Source of the DNA: Gemmatimonadota bacterium
GTDB lineage: Bacteria > Gemmatimonadota > Gemmatimonadetes > Longimicrobiales > Gaopeijiaceae
Assembly (NCBI GenBank): GCA_034521595.1
Contig: JAXHMG010000003.1
Location: 2,848,001 to 2,912,000, forward strand
DNA: 64,000 nt
Direction of reading: 5' to 3'
The translations under genes and the position numbers were made by a program. The first letter of the stretch is position 1; each line of letters opens with the position of its first letter. Under the pieces are notes generated by a model. The model was not told the origin of the DNA, did no database searches, and worked only from the letters and a program-made list of their open reading frames with translations. Positions 39,309-51,192 of this stretch are shown piece by piece.

Positions 39309-40713
39309 TCACCCCTCGATCGTCGCGAAGAGGTTGTTCAGCGACTCGGTGAGGGTGGGGTGGGAGAACACGCCGTCGCGGAGGTCCTGCCACCGGAGCC
39401 CGCCCATCATGGCGATCTGGACGGCCGACGCGACCTCTCCACCTTCGATCCCGAGGATGGCGGCGCCGAGGATCCGGTCGGTCTCGCCGTCCACGACCGC
39501 CTTCATGAAGCCGCGCGTCTCCGCGGTCTCCACGGCCCGCGCGACCCGGCTCATCGGGATCTTGCGCCACCCGGACGTCATGGCCCCGGTCACGCGCCTC
39601 GCGCTCCGTGAGGCCCACGCGCCCGAGCTGGGGATCGGTGAAGAGCGTGTACGGAACGATGCGGTCCTCGCGGCTCTTGCCTCCGTCGCCGAGCACGTTC
39701 TCGAGCACGATCCGGTAGTCGTCATACGCGATGTGCGTGAACGGGGGACTCCCGGCCACCTCACCCAGCGCCCACACACCGTCCGCGGTGGTACGCAAGG
39801 CGTCGTCGACACGCACGAAGCCGCGCTCGGTGCGCTCGATCCCTGCCTCATCGAGCCCGAGGTCGTCCGCGTTCGGCTTCCGACCGACCGCCACGAGCAA
39901 ATGGCTGCCGACGACCTCGTGGGGCGAGCCGCCCGTATGGCCGTTCCCGTCACCGTCGTCGAGCGACACCCGCACGCCTTCAGCATCCCGCTGCACCTTC
40001 CGCGCAAGCGAGCCGCAAAGGATCTCGATTCCGTCTTCCCGCAGGATGTCGCGGAGCTCGTCGGCGACGTCCTCGTCCTCCCGCGGCGCGAGCCGGTCCT
40101 GGCCTTCGATGACCGTGACCCGGGCACCGAAGCGGCGGAACATCTGGGCGAACTCCAAGCCGATGAAGCCACCGCCCAGCACGACCAGGTGGTCCGGCAC
40201 CTCGCCGAGCTCCATGAGCGACGCGTTGTCGAGCCATGGAACGGTGTCCAGACCCTCGATGGGCGGGACCCGATTCCGGGTGCCCGTGTTGATGAAGACC
40301 TGGTCGGCCTCCATCGTCCGGCTACCCCCGTCGGTGAGCTCGACCTCGATCCGGCGCTCCCCGACGAATCGTGCCGTGCCGAACACGAGCTCCACGGCGT
40401 CGATTCGGCGGAGCCCCTTTTCGCCCCCGGAGCTCCACGCGTCCACCATCTCGCGCTTGCGCCGCCGCACGACCTCGAGGTCCACCGTCACGTCGCCCGT
40501 GTTCACCCCGTAGTCCGCCGCGCGCCGAGCCAGATGCGCGACCCGTGCGCTCGCGACCATGGTCTTGGTCGGAGTGCAGCCGTCGACGACGCAGGTGCCC
40601 CCCACACGACCCTTCTCGATGATGGCGGTGCGGTGGCCGGCCTTTCCCAGAGCACCGGCGAGCGGCTTGCCCGCCTGTCCCGTGCCGATGACGATCGCGT
40701 CGAAGTGCTCCAA
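39309..40713 (-). CDS. Pyridine nucleotide-disulfide oxidoreductase (mercuric reductase / RclA-like), one frameshift
   Basis: [19 protein letters not shown] redox pair, GGGFIG and HPTLTE. Lacks the MerA C-terminal CC. Confidence 0.88.
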
Positions 40714-40921
40714 GAGTCCCTCCGGGTAACGCGCGGTGCGCGGTGAAGTGATTGCGTCGTGCTGGCTGCCGAACGCACGAGCATCCCGCACGGTTCCGAG
40801 AGGACGGGGCGACCCACCTCCCGAACGTGAAGCGGGCCCCCGACCGACAAGCCGGGAGCCCGTTCACTCACCTACCACCTTCCGCTTCGCGCCGCGCCTT
40901 GGATACGGCCGCGGCGAGCGG

Positions 40922-41338
40922 TCAGCAGTGCTCCTCGTACGCCTTCTGGAGATCCGCCGCGATGTCCTCGGGGTGGCGCCCCTCGATGCGGTGACGCTCC
41001 ATGAAGTAGACGAGCTCGCCGTCCTTGAAGAGTCCGACGGCGGGCGACGACGGCGGATAGCCGGTGATGTACTCCCGGGCCTTCTCCGTCGCGTCCATAT
41101 CCTGGCCCGCGAACACGGTCGTGAGAACTTCGGGCTTCTTCTCACCCTGCAACGAGAGGTACACGGCGGGCCGCATCATCGCGGCGGCACAGCCGCACAC
41201 CGAGTTGACCGCGAGCAGGGTGGGGCCCTTCTCGGACCCGAACACGGAGTCGACGTCTTCGGGAGTCTTGAGCTTCCTGGAAACCGATGCGTACGAGGTC
41301 CTCGCGCATCGGGGCGACCATCATCTCGGGTACGGCAT
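40922..41338 (-). CDS. BrxA/BrxB family bacilliredoxin, frameshifted
   Basis: MPYPEMMVAPMREDL N-terminus, NSVCGCAA (CGC motif), TVFAGQD, PSSP and ERHRIEG. Confidence 0.88.
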
Positions 41339-41559
41339 ATCGCTCTCTCCTGTCCCACGGGTCCTCCCGAACCACCACCGGTCGCGACCGGACGGATCGC
41401 GCGACGGCGCCGTTCGTATTGAGCTTGAAGGTCATCCCGGAAGCCCATGTTGTCCACGGGAGGGTCGGGATGGATGAGTAGCTACCCCGATCGAAGCTCC
41501 CGGGATCCACATTGCGGGACGCCTCCCCGCGTGACCAACTTGTCCGCATGGATAACACC

Positions 41560-42059
41560 ATGGAGATCGTGCGTCTTGACGGTGAACGGAGACCGGCACG
41601 AGGTCGGGGTCCCGACGCACTACACCTTGCTCGAGACGCTCCGATACGTCCTCGGGCCTGACCGGCTCCAAGCGAGGGTGTGACAAAGGAGACTGCGGCG
41701 CGTGCACCGTCCTCGTCGACGGGGTGCCCACGTTGTCGTGCATCAGTCCCGTGTGGGCAGCCGCGGGCACCCGGGTGGTCACGGTCGAAGGTCTTGCGAC
41801 CCGCGACGGCCCGCATCCCCTGCAGGACGAGTTCGACGTCCACGGCGCTGCCCAGTGCGGCTTCTGCACTCCGGGCATCCTCTGTTCGGCGGCGGCGCTC
41901 CTCGACGAGAACCCGAGCGCGACCCGCGAGGAGATTCGCGAAGCGCTCTCGGGGAACCTCTGCCGCTGCACCGGCTACGCGAAGATCTACGACGCGGTCG
42001 AAGCGGCGGGGCGGCGCCTGCGCGAAGGGCGACTCGACGAAGAAGGAGTGGCAGGATGA
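41560..42059 (+). CDS. hcrC: (2Fe-2S) small subunit of a xanthine oxidase-family molybdoenzyme (HcrC-like), frameshifted
   Basis: GCDKGDCGACTV, QCGFCTPG and NLCRCTGY. Confidence 0.75.
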
Positions 42060-44453
42060 TCAAGACTCCGGACGGCCCGCGGTCGGACACGAACCTGATC
42101 GGCACACCCAACCGGAAGGTCGAGGGACTCGACAAGTCCACCGGCCGGGCCGTGTACACGGACGACATCCAGCTCCCCGGGATGCTCCACGGCAAGATCC
42201 TGCGGAGCCCGCACCCGCACGCGCGCATCGTCTCCATCGACACCTCGGAGGCCGAGCGACTCGAGGGCGTGCACGCGGTCGTGACGGGTCGGGACATGGA
42301 GACGACCTACGGCATCATTCCCCTGGACGCCGGACGAGTATCCCCTCTGCGTCGACCGGGTGCGCTACATCGGAGACGGGGTCGCGGCCGTGGCGGCCGT
42401 GGATGAAGACACCGCCATCCGTGCGCTCGACCTCATTCGCGTGGAATACGAAGAGCTCCCGGCGTTCCACGACCCCTTCGCGGCGCTCGCGGCCGCCGGG
42501 AGCACCCCGTACATCCACGAGCCCCGCAAGGAAGGGCGGAGCGGGAACATCACCAAGAAGGTGCACCTGGAGTTCGGCGAGGTGGAGGAGGGGCTCGAGC
42601 AGGCGGACGTGGTCGTCGAAGGGGACTACCTCTTCGAAGGCACGACTGCACACGCCGATCGAGCCCCACTGCGCCATCGGTCTGTACGAGGGCAACGGCA
42701 AGCTGACCGTGTGGTCGGCGACGCAAGTGCCGCACTACCTGCACCGCGAGCTCGCACGCGTGCTCGAGGTGGATCCGGCGATGGTGCGGGTGCTTCAACC
42801 CCTGGTGGGGGGCGCGTTCGGAGGAAAGAGCGAGCCGTTCGACCTCGAGTTCTGCGTCGGGAAGCTGGCCATGCTGACCGGCCGGCCGGTGAAGATCCTC
42901 TATACCCGTGAAGAGGTCTTCTACAGCCACCGGGGACGGCACCCCTACCATATGACGTACCGGACGGGCGCGACCCGGGACGGCGAGCTGACCTCGGTGG
43001 ACGCGGAGATCGTCCTCGACGGCGGAGCGTACGCCTCGTTCGGGCTCGTGACCACGTACTACTCGGGACAGCTCCTCTGCGCCCCGTACCGGATGCCCGC
43101 CTACCGTTTCGACTCCACGCGGGCCTACACGAACAAGCCGGCCTGCGGGCCCAAGCGGGGACACGGGTCGGTCCAGCCGCGGTTCGCCTTCGAGGTCCAG
43201 CTCGACAAGCTCGCGGAACGGGTCGAGCTCGACCCGATCGAGTTCCGGAGGCGCAACTCCATCGGCTCCAACACGCGGACTGTCAACGAGTTACGCGTTA
43301 CATCGAATGGATTCCTCGAATGCCTGGAATCCGTGGAGCGCGCCAGCGAGTGGAGTGCCAAATTCCGTAAGATGCCATTTGGCAGGGGGATAGGGGTCGC
43401 CGGCTCAACCTATATATCCGGTACGAACTACCCGATTTACCCCAACGAGATGCCCCAGTCGGGCGTGCAGATGCAAGTCGACCGGTCGGGCCGCGTCGCG
43501 GTGTTCAGCGGCGCGAGCGAGATCGGACAGGGCTGTGACTCCATGGTGGCCTACGTGGCCGCGGAGGAGCTCGGCGTCCCCTCGACCACATTCGTGTCAT
43601 GCGGGGCGACACCGACTTCACGCCGGTCGATCTGGGCGCCTATTCGAGCCGGGTGACCTTCATGGTCGGGAACGCGGCCATCGACGCCGCGCGAAAGCTC
43701 CGGCGCATGATCCAGGAGGCCGTGGCGGAGGCGTGGGAGGTGAAGCCGGGCGAGGTGCTTCTCGCCGGTGGCCGCGCCTACTGGGCCCCCGACACGGAGC
43801 GGCAGATGCCGGTCCGTGAAGCGTTCAATCTGGCGGAAGCGAAGTTCGGGACGCTCGGCTCGACCGGATCGTACGACACGCCCAAGGACGTGCACGGCGA
43901 GTACCGGGGTGGAACCATCGGCGCATCGCCCGCATACTCGTTCACGGCGCACGTCGCCGAGGTCGACGTCGACGTGGAAACCGGATTCGTGGACGTGAAG
44001 AAGATCTGGATCGCCCACGACTGCGGCCGGGCGCTCAACCCCGTGCTGGTCGAAGGTCAGATGGAGGGATCCGCGTACATGGGCTTCGCGGAAGCGCTCA
44101 TGGAAGAGCAGATCTTCAAGGACGCCGATCACGGCCGGGCCGGCCTCCACAACGCCCCCTCCCTCCTCGACTACCGGATCCCCACGAGTCTGGACACGCC
44201 CGAGTTGGAATCGCTGATCGTGGAGTCCATCGACCCCGAAGGCCCTTACGGGGCCAAGGAAGCGGGTGGAGGGACCGCTCCACCCGTCGATCCCCGCGAT
44301 CGCCAACGCGATCTACGACGCCATCGGGATCCGCATGGACCGTCTGCCGTTTCCCCACCCCGGGTCTGGAAGGCAGTCGAGGGTGCGCGCGCGCGAGAGG
44401 GGCTGGCCAAGCCCGAGGCGCCGAGCCGCACGGTCGCCGGCGTGCCGAGCTGA
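42056..44453 (+). CDS. hcrA: Molybdopterin-binding large subunit, 4-hydroxybenzoyl-CoA reductase alpha-like, frameshifted
   Basis: LRSPHPHARI, TQVPHY, GGAFGGK, HRGR, CGPKRGHG, EIGQG, YSSRVT and KEAG(E)G. Confidence 0.72.
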
Positions 44454-44465
44454 GCCGGCTCATTC

Positions 44466-45414
44466 ATGAAGACTCTACGCTGGATCGTGGCCATGGCCGG
44501 AGTGATCGCCGCGAGTGTGGCGATCGTGGCGCTCCCGACCGACAGCCCGCGCGGTCCGGCCACCGCCGGCCGTCAGGAGCTCGACGAAGGCGAAACGCAG
44601 TGGCACGACGCGGATTGGCACGTCCTGCGGAGCACCGTGCGGTGGGCCGAGGCGGCGCAGGTGGACACGCTGCCCTTCGGCGAGGCCGTGGTGGCGATCG
44701 GCAGGCGGTTCGTCGGGTACCCCCTACAGAGCCCGGGACGCTCGAGGTCGACGGCCGCGAACGCGTGGTCGTCAACTTCCGCGCGCTGGACTGCGTGACC
44801 TTCGTGGAGAACGCGCTCGCGCTCGACCCGCTTCGTGCGGGAAGGCGGAGCCGGCCCTGCTGGACGACCGACCCGCGGCCGAAGACCGCTATGCGGGGCT
44901 CCTCCGCGAGATGCGCTATCGCAGCGGTGTGCTCGACGGCTACCCGAGCCGGCTCCACTACTTCAGCGAGTGGATCGCCGACAACGCGCGCCGGGGCCTG
45001 TTGGTCGACCTCGGGGGCGAGCTGGGCGGCGTGATCGACCGGGAGCCGATCGATTTCATGTCCACACACCCCGACGCCTACCGGCAGCTCTCCCGGCCGG
45101 AGAACCTTCGAGCGCATCCGGGCGGTGGAGGCGCGCCTCGACGAGAAGACCGCGTGTACGTTCCCGAGGAAGCCATCCCCGACGTCGCGGACCGGATCCG
45201 GAACGGCGACGTGATCGCGGCGACCAGCACGGTTCCCGGGCTCGACATCGCCCACACGGGGCTGGCGCTCTGGATCGACGGCCGGCTCCACCTGCTGCCG
45301 CGCACGCCCTCGTCGGCGAGGCGGTCCAAGTCAGCGAAGCGCCGCTCGCCGAACGCATCCTCGGCATCGAAAGCCAGGAGCGGTCTCATGATCGCTCGAC
45401 CCCAGGGACGCTGA
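44466..45414 (+). CDS. DUF1460 (AmiA-like NlpC/P60) peptidoglycan amidase-like protein, frameshifted
   Basis: N-terminal signal/TM, LDCVTFVE (Cys), RLHYFSEWI, IRNGDVI and GLDIAHTG (His). Confidence 0.8.
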
Positions 45415-45415
45415 C

Positions 45416-46419
45416 ATGCTTCGAATGGCCCGTCTCGGACATCACCGGCCGAGCGCGGTGGCCGAGGCCGTCGACCTCGAGGGCGAGCACGGCGACCGCC
45501 GCGATGTACGTGGCCGGCGGCACGGACGTCGTGCCCAACCTGAAGCATCGCCTCTTCGAGCCCGAGCACCTGATCGCGTTGAAGGGCCTCGACGAGCTTC
45601 GGCATCCGAGCCGAAGGCGACGTGCTCCGGATCGGCGCGGCGAGACGCTCGCCGAGGTAGCCCGGAGCCCGAGGTCGCGGAACGCTTCCCGGCGCTCGCC
45701 AGCGCAGCCGGTCACGTCGCGGGACCGCAGCACCGCAACATGGGCACGATCGGCGGCAACCTCTGCCTCGACACCCGGTGCACCTCTACAACCAGAGCGA
45801 ATTCTCGGCGTGGCGCCCTCGGCTTCTGCCTGAAGAAGGACGGCGACGCGTGCCACGTGACGAAGGTCGGCAAGAAGTGCGTGGCCGCGCATTCGGCGGA
45901 CACCCCGCCGGTGCTCATGACGCTCGACGCCGTGGCCGTGCTGGAGGGCCCGGAAGGGCACCGCGAAGTGCCCGTGGCCGACTTCTTCGTCGCGGACGGC
46001 ATCTGGAACACCGTGCGCCGCCCGGACGAGATCGTCGCGGAGGTGCGGATTCCGCTGGAACGGTCGACACGAAAGCAGGCGTACGAAAGGCTTTCGCCAG
46101 CGGCAGGCGATCGACTTTCCGCTCCTCACCGTCGCGGTACTCGGCCGACCTGGAGGACGACGGGACGGTCCGGGCGATCGACGGAGTGGTGTCGGGACTC
46201 GGATCGCGCCCCCGTGTGCTCTCGGGCTGGGGTGACGCGGCGACCGGAGCGCGTCTCGACGACGCGCTCGTCGAGGAGCTGGCGGCCCGGGCCCACAAGC
46301 AATGTCATCCCCTGGAGAACATCATCGTCGATCCCGAGTGGCGGCGAGCGATGGTGCCGGTGTACGTGACGAGAGCGCTCGACCGGGATCCGGGCCGCGT
46401 GAACGGTGCGGCTTCGTGA
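45416..46419 (+). CDS. hcrB: FAD-binding subunit with a [4Fe-4S] insert, HcrB-like, frameshifted
   Basis: AGGTDVVPNLK, RNMGTIGGNLC, and the Cys insert RC..YNQSEF...FCLKKDGDACHV...KCVA. End approximate. Confidence 0.75.
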
Positions 46420-46471
46420 GCGCGCGATTCACGAGCGCGCTACGGGCAGGGGTCGGCCCCGAGGCCACGCC

Positions 46472-47320
46472 GTGATCCGGGGCATCGTGGCGGCCGGCGC
46501 CGCCCTGGCCGGGCTGGTCGCCCTGGACCGCGTCGCGGGGCGCCTCGGTGCGACCCAGGGTGCGTCCTCCGGACCGGACGATCGACGAGCTGGACGAAGG
46601 CGCGTACGAGGACTTCCGTATTCCGGCGGGCGATCACGAGCTCGCGGCCTGGGAGCTCCGCCCCGACGGGGAGCCGCGCCATCCGGTCTTTCTGATCGCG
46701 CACGGTTGGGGCGCGAGCTACGGAACCATCCTCCGTCTCGGCGAGCCGCTCGCCGAAGCGGGCTACGAGGTCGTGCTGTTCGACGTGCGCGGACACGGAC
46801 GCAACGAGCAGCTTCCCTACGTGACGGTGCGGGACTTTCGCGACGACGTGGCCGCCGCCCTCCGCCACATGCGCCAACGCTTCCCGGACCGGCCGATCGT
46901 GCTCGTCGGCCATTCCCTCGGGGGGGCCGGTGCCGTCCTGGCCATCGCCGACGGGGCGGTGGTGGACGGGCTCGTGCTCATCGCCACTCCGGCCGACGTG
47001 ATGCGGATCACCGCCGGTACCTCACCGACCACGGCCTGCCCGGCCGACTCATCGTGACCGCGTTCCTGCCGTTCTTCTGGCGCCGCGTGGGAAGCACGTT
47101 TCGGACGCTCACGCCGAGTCGCCGCATCGGTGAGTTGCGGGTTCCGCTGCTCATCTTGCAGCCGGAGCACGACACCCGGGTCGTGCGGGATCACGCGGAC
47201 CGCCTCGCCGCTGCGGCCGGCCGGCCCTACGTGCTGATCGAGGGAACGGAGCACACCGACGTCCTCGAACACCCGAAAACCGTCGAGCTCGTGCGCGCCT
47301 TCGCCAGCGACTTCGAGTAG
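46472..47320 (+). CDS. Alpha/beta hydrolase, frameshifted
   Basis: AHGWG, FDVRGHG, GHSLGG, D (HDTRV) and H (TEHTD). Confidence 0.8.
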   Translation: MIRGIVAAGAALAGLVALDRVAGRLGATQGASSGPDDRRAGRRRVRGLPYSGGRSRARGLGAPPRRGAAPSGLSDRARLGRELRNHPPSRRAARRSGLRGRAVRRARTRTQRAASLRDGAGLSRRRGRRPPPHAPTLPGPADRARRPFPRGGRCRPGHRRRGGGGRARAHRHSGRRDADHRRYLTDHGLPGRLIVTAFLPFFWRRVGSTFRTLTPSRRIGELRVPLLILQPEHDTRVVRDHADRLAAAAGRPYVLIEGTEHTDVLEHPKTVELVRAFASDFE

Positions 47321-47414
47321 CCTGGAGGCTAGCAGCCCGCCAACGGCTCGGCCCTCTCGTGTGTCGGAAAAGTGTGTGCACCTACGACTCGATTCGACCG
47401 CTGCAACCCTCCCG

Positions 47415-50221
47415 ATGCACCTCATAGATCGTTCGCTTCCGCTCCGTCCGTCCGGGCTGCGGCCGGCGGGCGCCGGCCTTCTCCTGTGTGCCTCGTTCGT
47501 TCTCGGCTCGCCGCGGGCTGTCACGGCTCAGACGGAGTCCGACGACACCACCGCCCTGCAGAACCGTTGGCCGGACTCACGTGAACGGACGCTACGCGCG
47601 CATCGTCGCTCGGGGCCGATAACCCTCGATGGCAGGCTCGACGAAGCCGACTGGGAAGAGGCCCCCATCGCGACCGGCTTCGTGCAGGAAGAACCCTTCG
47701 ACGGGCGGGCCGCGATGGAGGAGACCGAAGTCCGGGTGCTCTACGACGACGAGGCCGTCTACGTCGGCGCGCTTCTCCGGGATTCGGATCCTTCCCGCAT
47801 CGCGAGTCAGCTCACCCGCCGCGACGAGACGGGCCGAGCCGCGGGATACCTGCGAGTTCTCGTTCGACCCCAACCGCGACCGGTCGACCGGATACACCTT
47901 CAGGATCACCGCCGCCGGACAACGGCGAGACGAATGCGTCTACGACGATACCCGATCGGACCGCGCATGGGACGCCATCTGGGATAGCGAGGTCGCCCAC
48001 ACCTCCGAAGGGCTGGGTCGCCGAGGTCCGCATTCCGGTCTCCCGGCTTCGGTACACACCGTCCGACGAGCCTCAGACCTGGGCGTCAGCTTCGCCCGCC
48101 GGCCGAATCGCCGAGCAACGAACGCTCCGCGTGGGCGTGGCGCCCCCAAGGCGTGCACGGCGACGTGAGCCGGTGGGGTCGCTTGGAAGGGATCGACCTC
48201 AGCGCCGGTGCGCGCCGGGTCGAAGTGCTTCCCTACACGATGGCCGGAGCCGAGCGCGTGTCCGGCGAGGCGAGCAACCCGTTCCACGAGCCGACGAGCA
48301 CCACCGCCCGGGTGGGAGGGGACGTGCGAGTCGGGCTCGGATCCACCTTCGTCCTCGACGCGGCGCTCAACCCCGATTTCGGACAGGTCGAGGTCGATCC
48401 GCAGGTCATCGACCTCTCGGCGTTCGAGACCTTCTTCCCGGAACGGCGGCCCTTCTTCACCCAGGACGATCGTCTGTTCGACTTCGGCCTCTCGGGACGG
48501 CGGAACAACCTCTTCTACTCCCGACGCATCGGGCGTAGCCCACAGGGTCCGGCCCCGGGAGGCGCCGACTTCGTGGAGGAGCCCAGCCAAACCACGATCC
48601 TCGGCGCGGCGAAGGTGACCGGGCGAACGAGCAGCGGCCTCACGCTCGGCGCTCTCTTCGCGTCGACCGACCGGGAACGAGGCCGGGCGTTCCTTGCCGA
48701 CGCGGACGAGGAAGACATCGTGCGCTACGAAGCCGAGCCGCGGACTCGAGTACGGGACCGTGCGCGCCCAGCAGGAGTTCCGCGACGCACAGAGTCGCGT
48801 CGGCGGCATCTTCACCATGGTGGATCGGGACCTCTCGGCCGAGGCGACGCGTCAGGTGCTCCCGAGCCGCGCCTACACCGGAGGCATCGACTTCGAGCAC
48901 ACCTGGTCGGACCGGGAATGGGCGCTCTGGGGATTTCTGGCCGGGAGCCGCGTGAAGGGAAGCCCCGAGGCGATGCTCCGGCTCCAACGTTCCTCGAACC
49001 ACTACTATCAGCGACCGGACCAGGACTACCTCGAGCTCGATTCGACGCGCACATCGCTCTCCGGCGCCGAGTGGCGGCTGGAGTTCGAGCGCAGGAGCGG
49101 GGAGCACTGGACCGGAGCGGTCTGGGCGGCGCAGCGCACACCGGGGTTCGAGATCAACGATCTCGGATTCAGTCGCTCGACCGAGCGGCTCGACGGGGGC
49201 GCGAGGATCGGATACCGGGAGCGGGAGCCCGGAAGTTGGTACCAGAGCTACGGGTTCAACTTCTTCACGTTCCACAACTGGCGGCACGAAGCGCTGGACG
49301 ACGTGCTTTCGGCTTCGCAATGGGGTGACGCGCACAAGAACGGGCAAGCCTCCCTGAACGGCGACGTCACCCTCCGCAATTGGTGGAGTCTCCGGGCCGA
49401 CATCCAGTATTCGCCGGAGGTGCTCAGTGACGTCATGACGCGCGGCGGACCGCTCATGATCGAGCCGGGCTCGTGGGCGTTCGACGTGGGCGTGAACACC
49501 GACCGCCGGGACGCGCTCAGCTATGGCACGTCGTTCGAGTGGGAGCGAGGCTCGCGGGGCGGCGGAAGCGTCTCGGCCGACTTCGACGTCGACTTCCGAC
49601 CGACCAGCGGCGTGTCGTTGAGCCTCGGACCGAACTACACCCGGTCGACGGATCCCGCCCAGTACGTCACGCAGGTCGACGACTGCCTCGTACGAGCCCA
49701 CGTACGGCACCCGCTATGTGTTCGGCGAGCTGGAGCGCGAGGAGTTGACCATCGATACGCGACTCGACGTCGTGCTCACCCCGACTCTCTCGATCCAGGT
49801 TTTCGCGCAGCCTCTGATCTCGGCCGGAGACTACATCTCGTACCATCAGCTCGCGCAATCGTCGAGCTTCGACCTGGCCCGGTTCCGGGAAGGCGAAGCC
49901 GTGACCGTCGGAGACGACGTCCTGTGCGCGAGCGGAACCATGTGCAAATCGGACGGGCGGACCTACCTCGACTACTCCGGCGACGGCGTGCCCGACACGT
50001 CGTTCGGGGAGCGTGACTTCACGATCCGTTCGCTCCGAGGCAGCGCCGTGCTTCGGTGGGAGTACCGCCCCGGCTCGCGCATCTACCTGGCCTGGCAGCA
50101 ACAGCGACAGGATCGCGGGCCGCTGGGCGACTTCCGACTCGGCCGCGACAGCCGCGCGCTCTTCTCGGGCGCGGGCGAGCACTTCTTCATGATCAAGATG
50201 GACTACTGGTTCGACTTCTAG
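47415..50221 (+). CDS. DUF5916 / CBM9-like domain outer-membrane protein, frameshifted
   Basis: Signal peptide, ITLDGRLDEADW, TEVRVLYDD, NPDFGQVEVD, FFPERRPFF, LFYSRRIG, LRWEYRPGS and a terminal KMDYWFDF. Confidence 0.82.
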
Positions 50222-50260
50222 GGGTCCGTGCTGGAAGGGTGTCGAGAACGCTTCCCTGAG

Positions 50261-50614
50261 TCAGGGGGCTTCCCCGGAATCCTGATCGGCCAGGTGCCGC
50301 ACGTACGCCTGGAGGCGGTGGCCCTCGGTGCGCTGGCGTCTCGCGCGTTGGTCAGCCAGATGGCGACCCAAGTGCCAGGAAGAACCGACGGCGAGGGCCG
50401 CCGCACCCACCGAGCCCCACAGGCCCAGCGGGGGTGTGAACGACGCGGTCACGGCGAGGAAGCCGAGAAACGTCCCCACCACCACCTCGAGGATCGATGG
50501 CAGATGTGTGCCCAGGCGGGCACGCTTCCCGGCTCGAAGCTTCACCGTGCCCGAGACGAGGAGGAGCAAGGCGAGCAGGAGCGGCAACCCGACGGAAAGC
50601 GCGGCAGTGGACAT
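50261..50614 (-). CDS. Hypothetical membrane protein
   Basis: 117-aa ORF with three hydrophobic segments. Confidence 0.55.
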   Translation of the reverse strand: MSTAALSVGLPLLLALLLLVSGTVKLRAGKRARLGTHLPSILEVVVGTFLGFLAVTASFTPPLGLWGSVGAAALAVGSSWHLGRHLADQRARRQRTEGHRLQAYVRHLADQDSGEAP

Positions 50615-50746
50615 GCGAAAATGGTACGATGAGAGCTACGGAAAGGAAAAGGGGACCGCATGCGCCGCCCGGTGTACGCGATCCGGAAATACGATCCCGA
50701 AACAGGACCGGGCTGTGAGCACCCAGCCGAGCATCGAGGAATAGAG

Positions 50747-51159
50747 ATGGCGAAGAAGAAAAAGCAGAAGAAGGGGAAGAAGGGCGGAGGACAGCCGGGG
50801 GACAGCAGGTCAAGGGATTCCGCCCCGGGAAGGAGCCCGCCTATGTGAGAAAGCAGCGCGCCAAGCAACAGCTCGGCCAGGAAGCGCCCCGCGCGCAGGA
50901 ACGTGCGCTCGATCTCGTGGCGGACCGCAGCCCGGGCGAGGTTCGGAGCTTGATGAACCGATGGGTCACGGTGCTGCTCGTCGTCGGGGCCCTGCTGGGC
51001 GTCGGCGGGGCCCTGACTCTACGACTGGTCATTGGCGGCGGGGATCGTGACGCACATGCTGGCGGCGGCAGCGATCTTCCTGTGGCACCGCTTGCCGGCG
51101 CCAGCGTAACCCAGCTCGTGGAGCTCGCGGAGCAGTTCGGCAAGCCGTCGGGCGGGTAG
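50747..51159 (+). CDS. Hypothetical membrane protein with a Lys-rich N-terminus, probable frameshift
   Basis: GAGG RBS, then MAKKKKQKKGKKGGG, joining ORF 50845..51159 which contains one TM helix. Confidence 0.45.
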
Positions 51160-51192
51160 GGTGGAGCGGGCCCGGAAGGGGCGCCGGTCGAG

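Noticed and set aside
39309-40713. Mercury resistance merA
   Set aside because: It has no C-terminal CC pair, no NmerA domain and no neighbouring mer genes.
41560-46419. Aerobic CO dehydrogenase (coxSLM)
   Set aside because: The active-site loop is CGPKRGHG rather than AYxCSFR, and the FAD subunit has a 4Fe-4S insert absent from CoxM.
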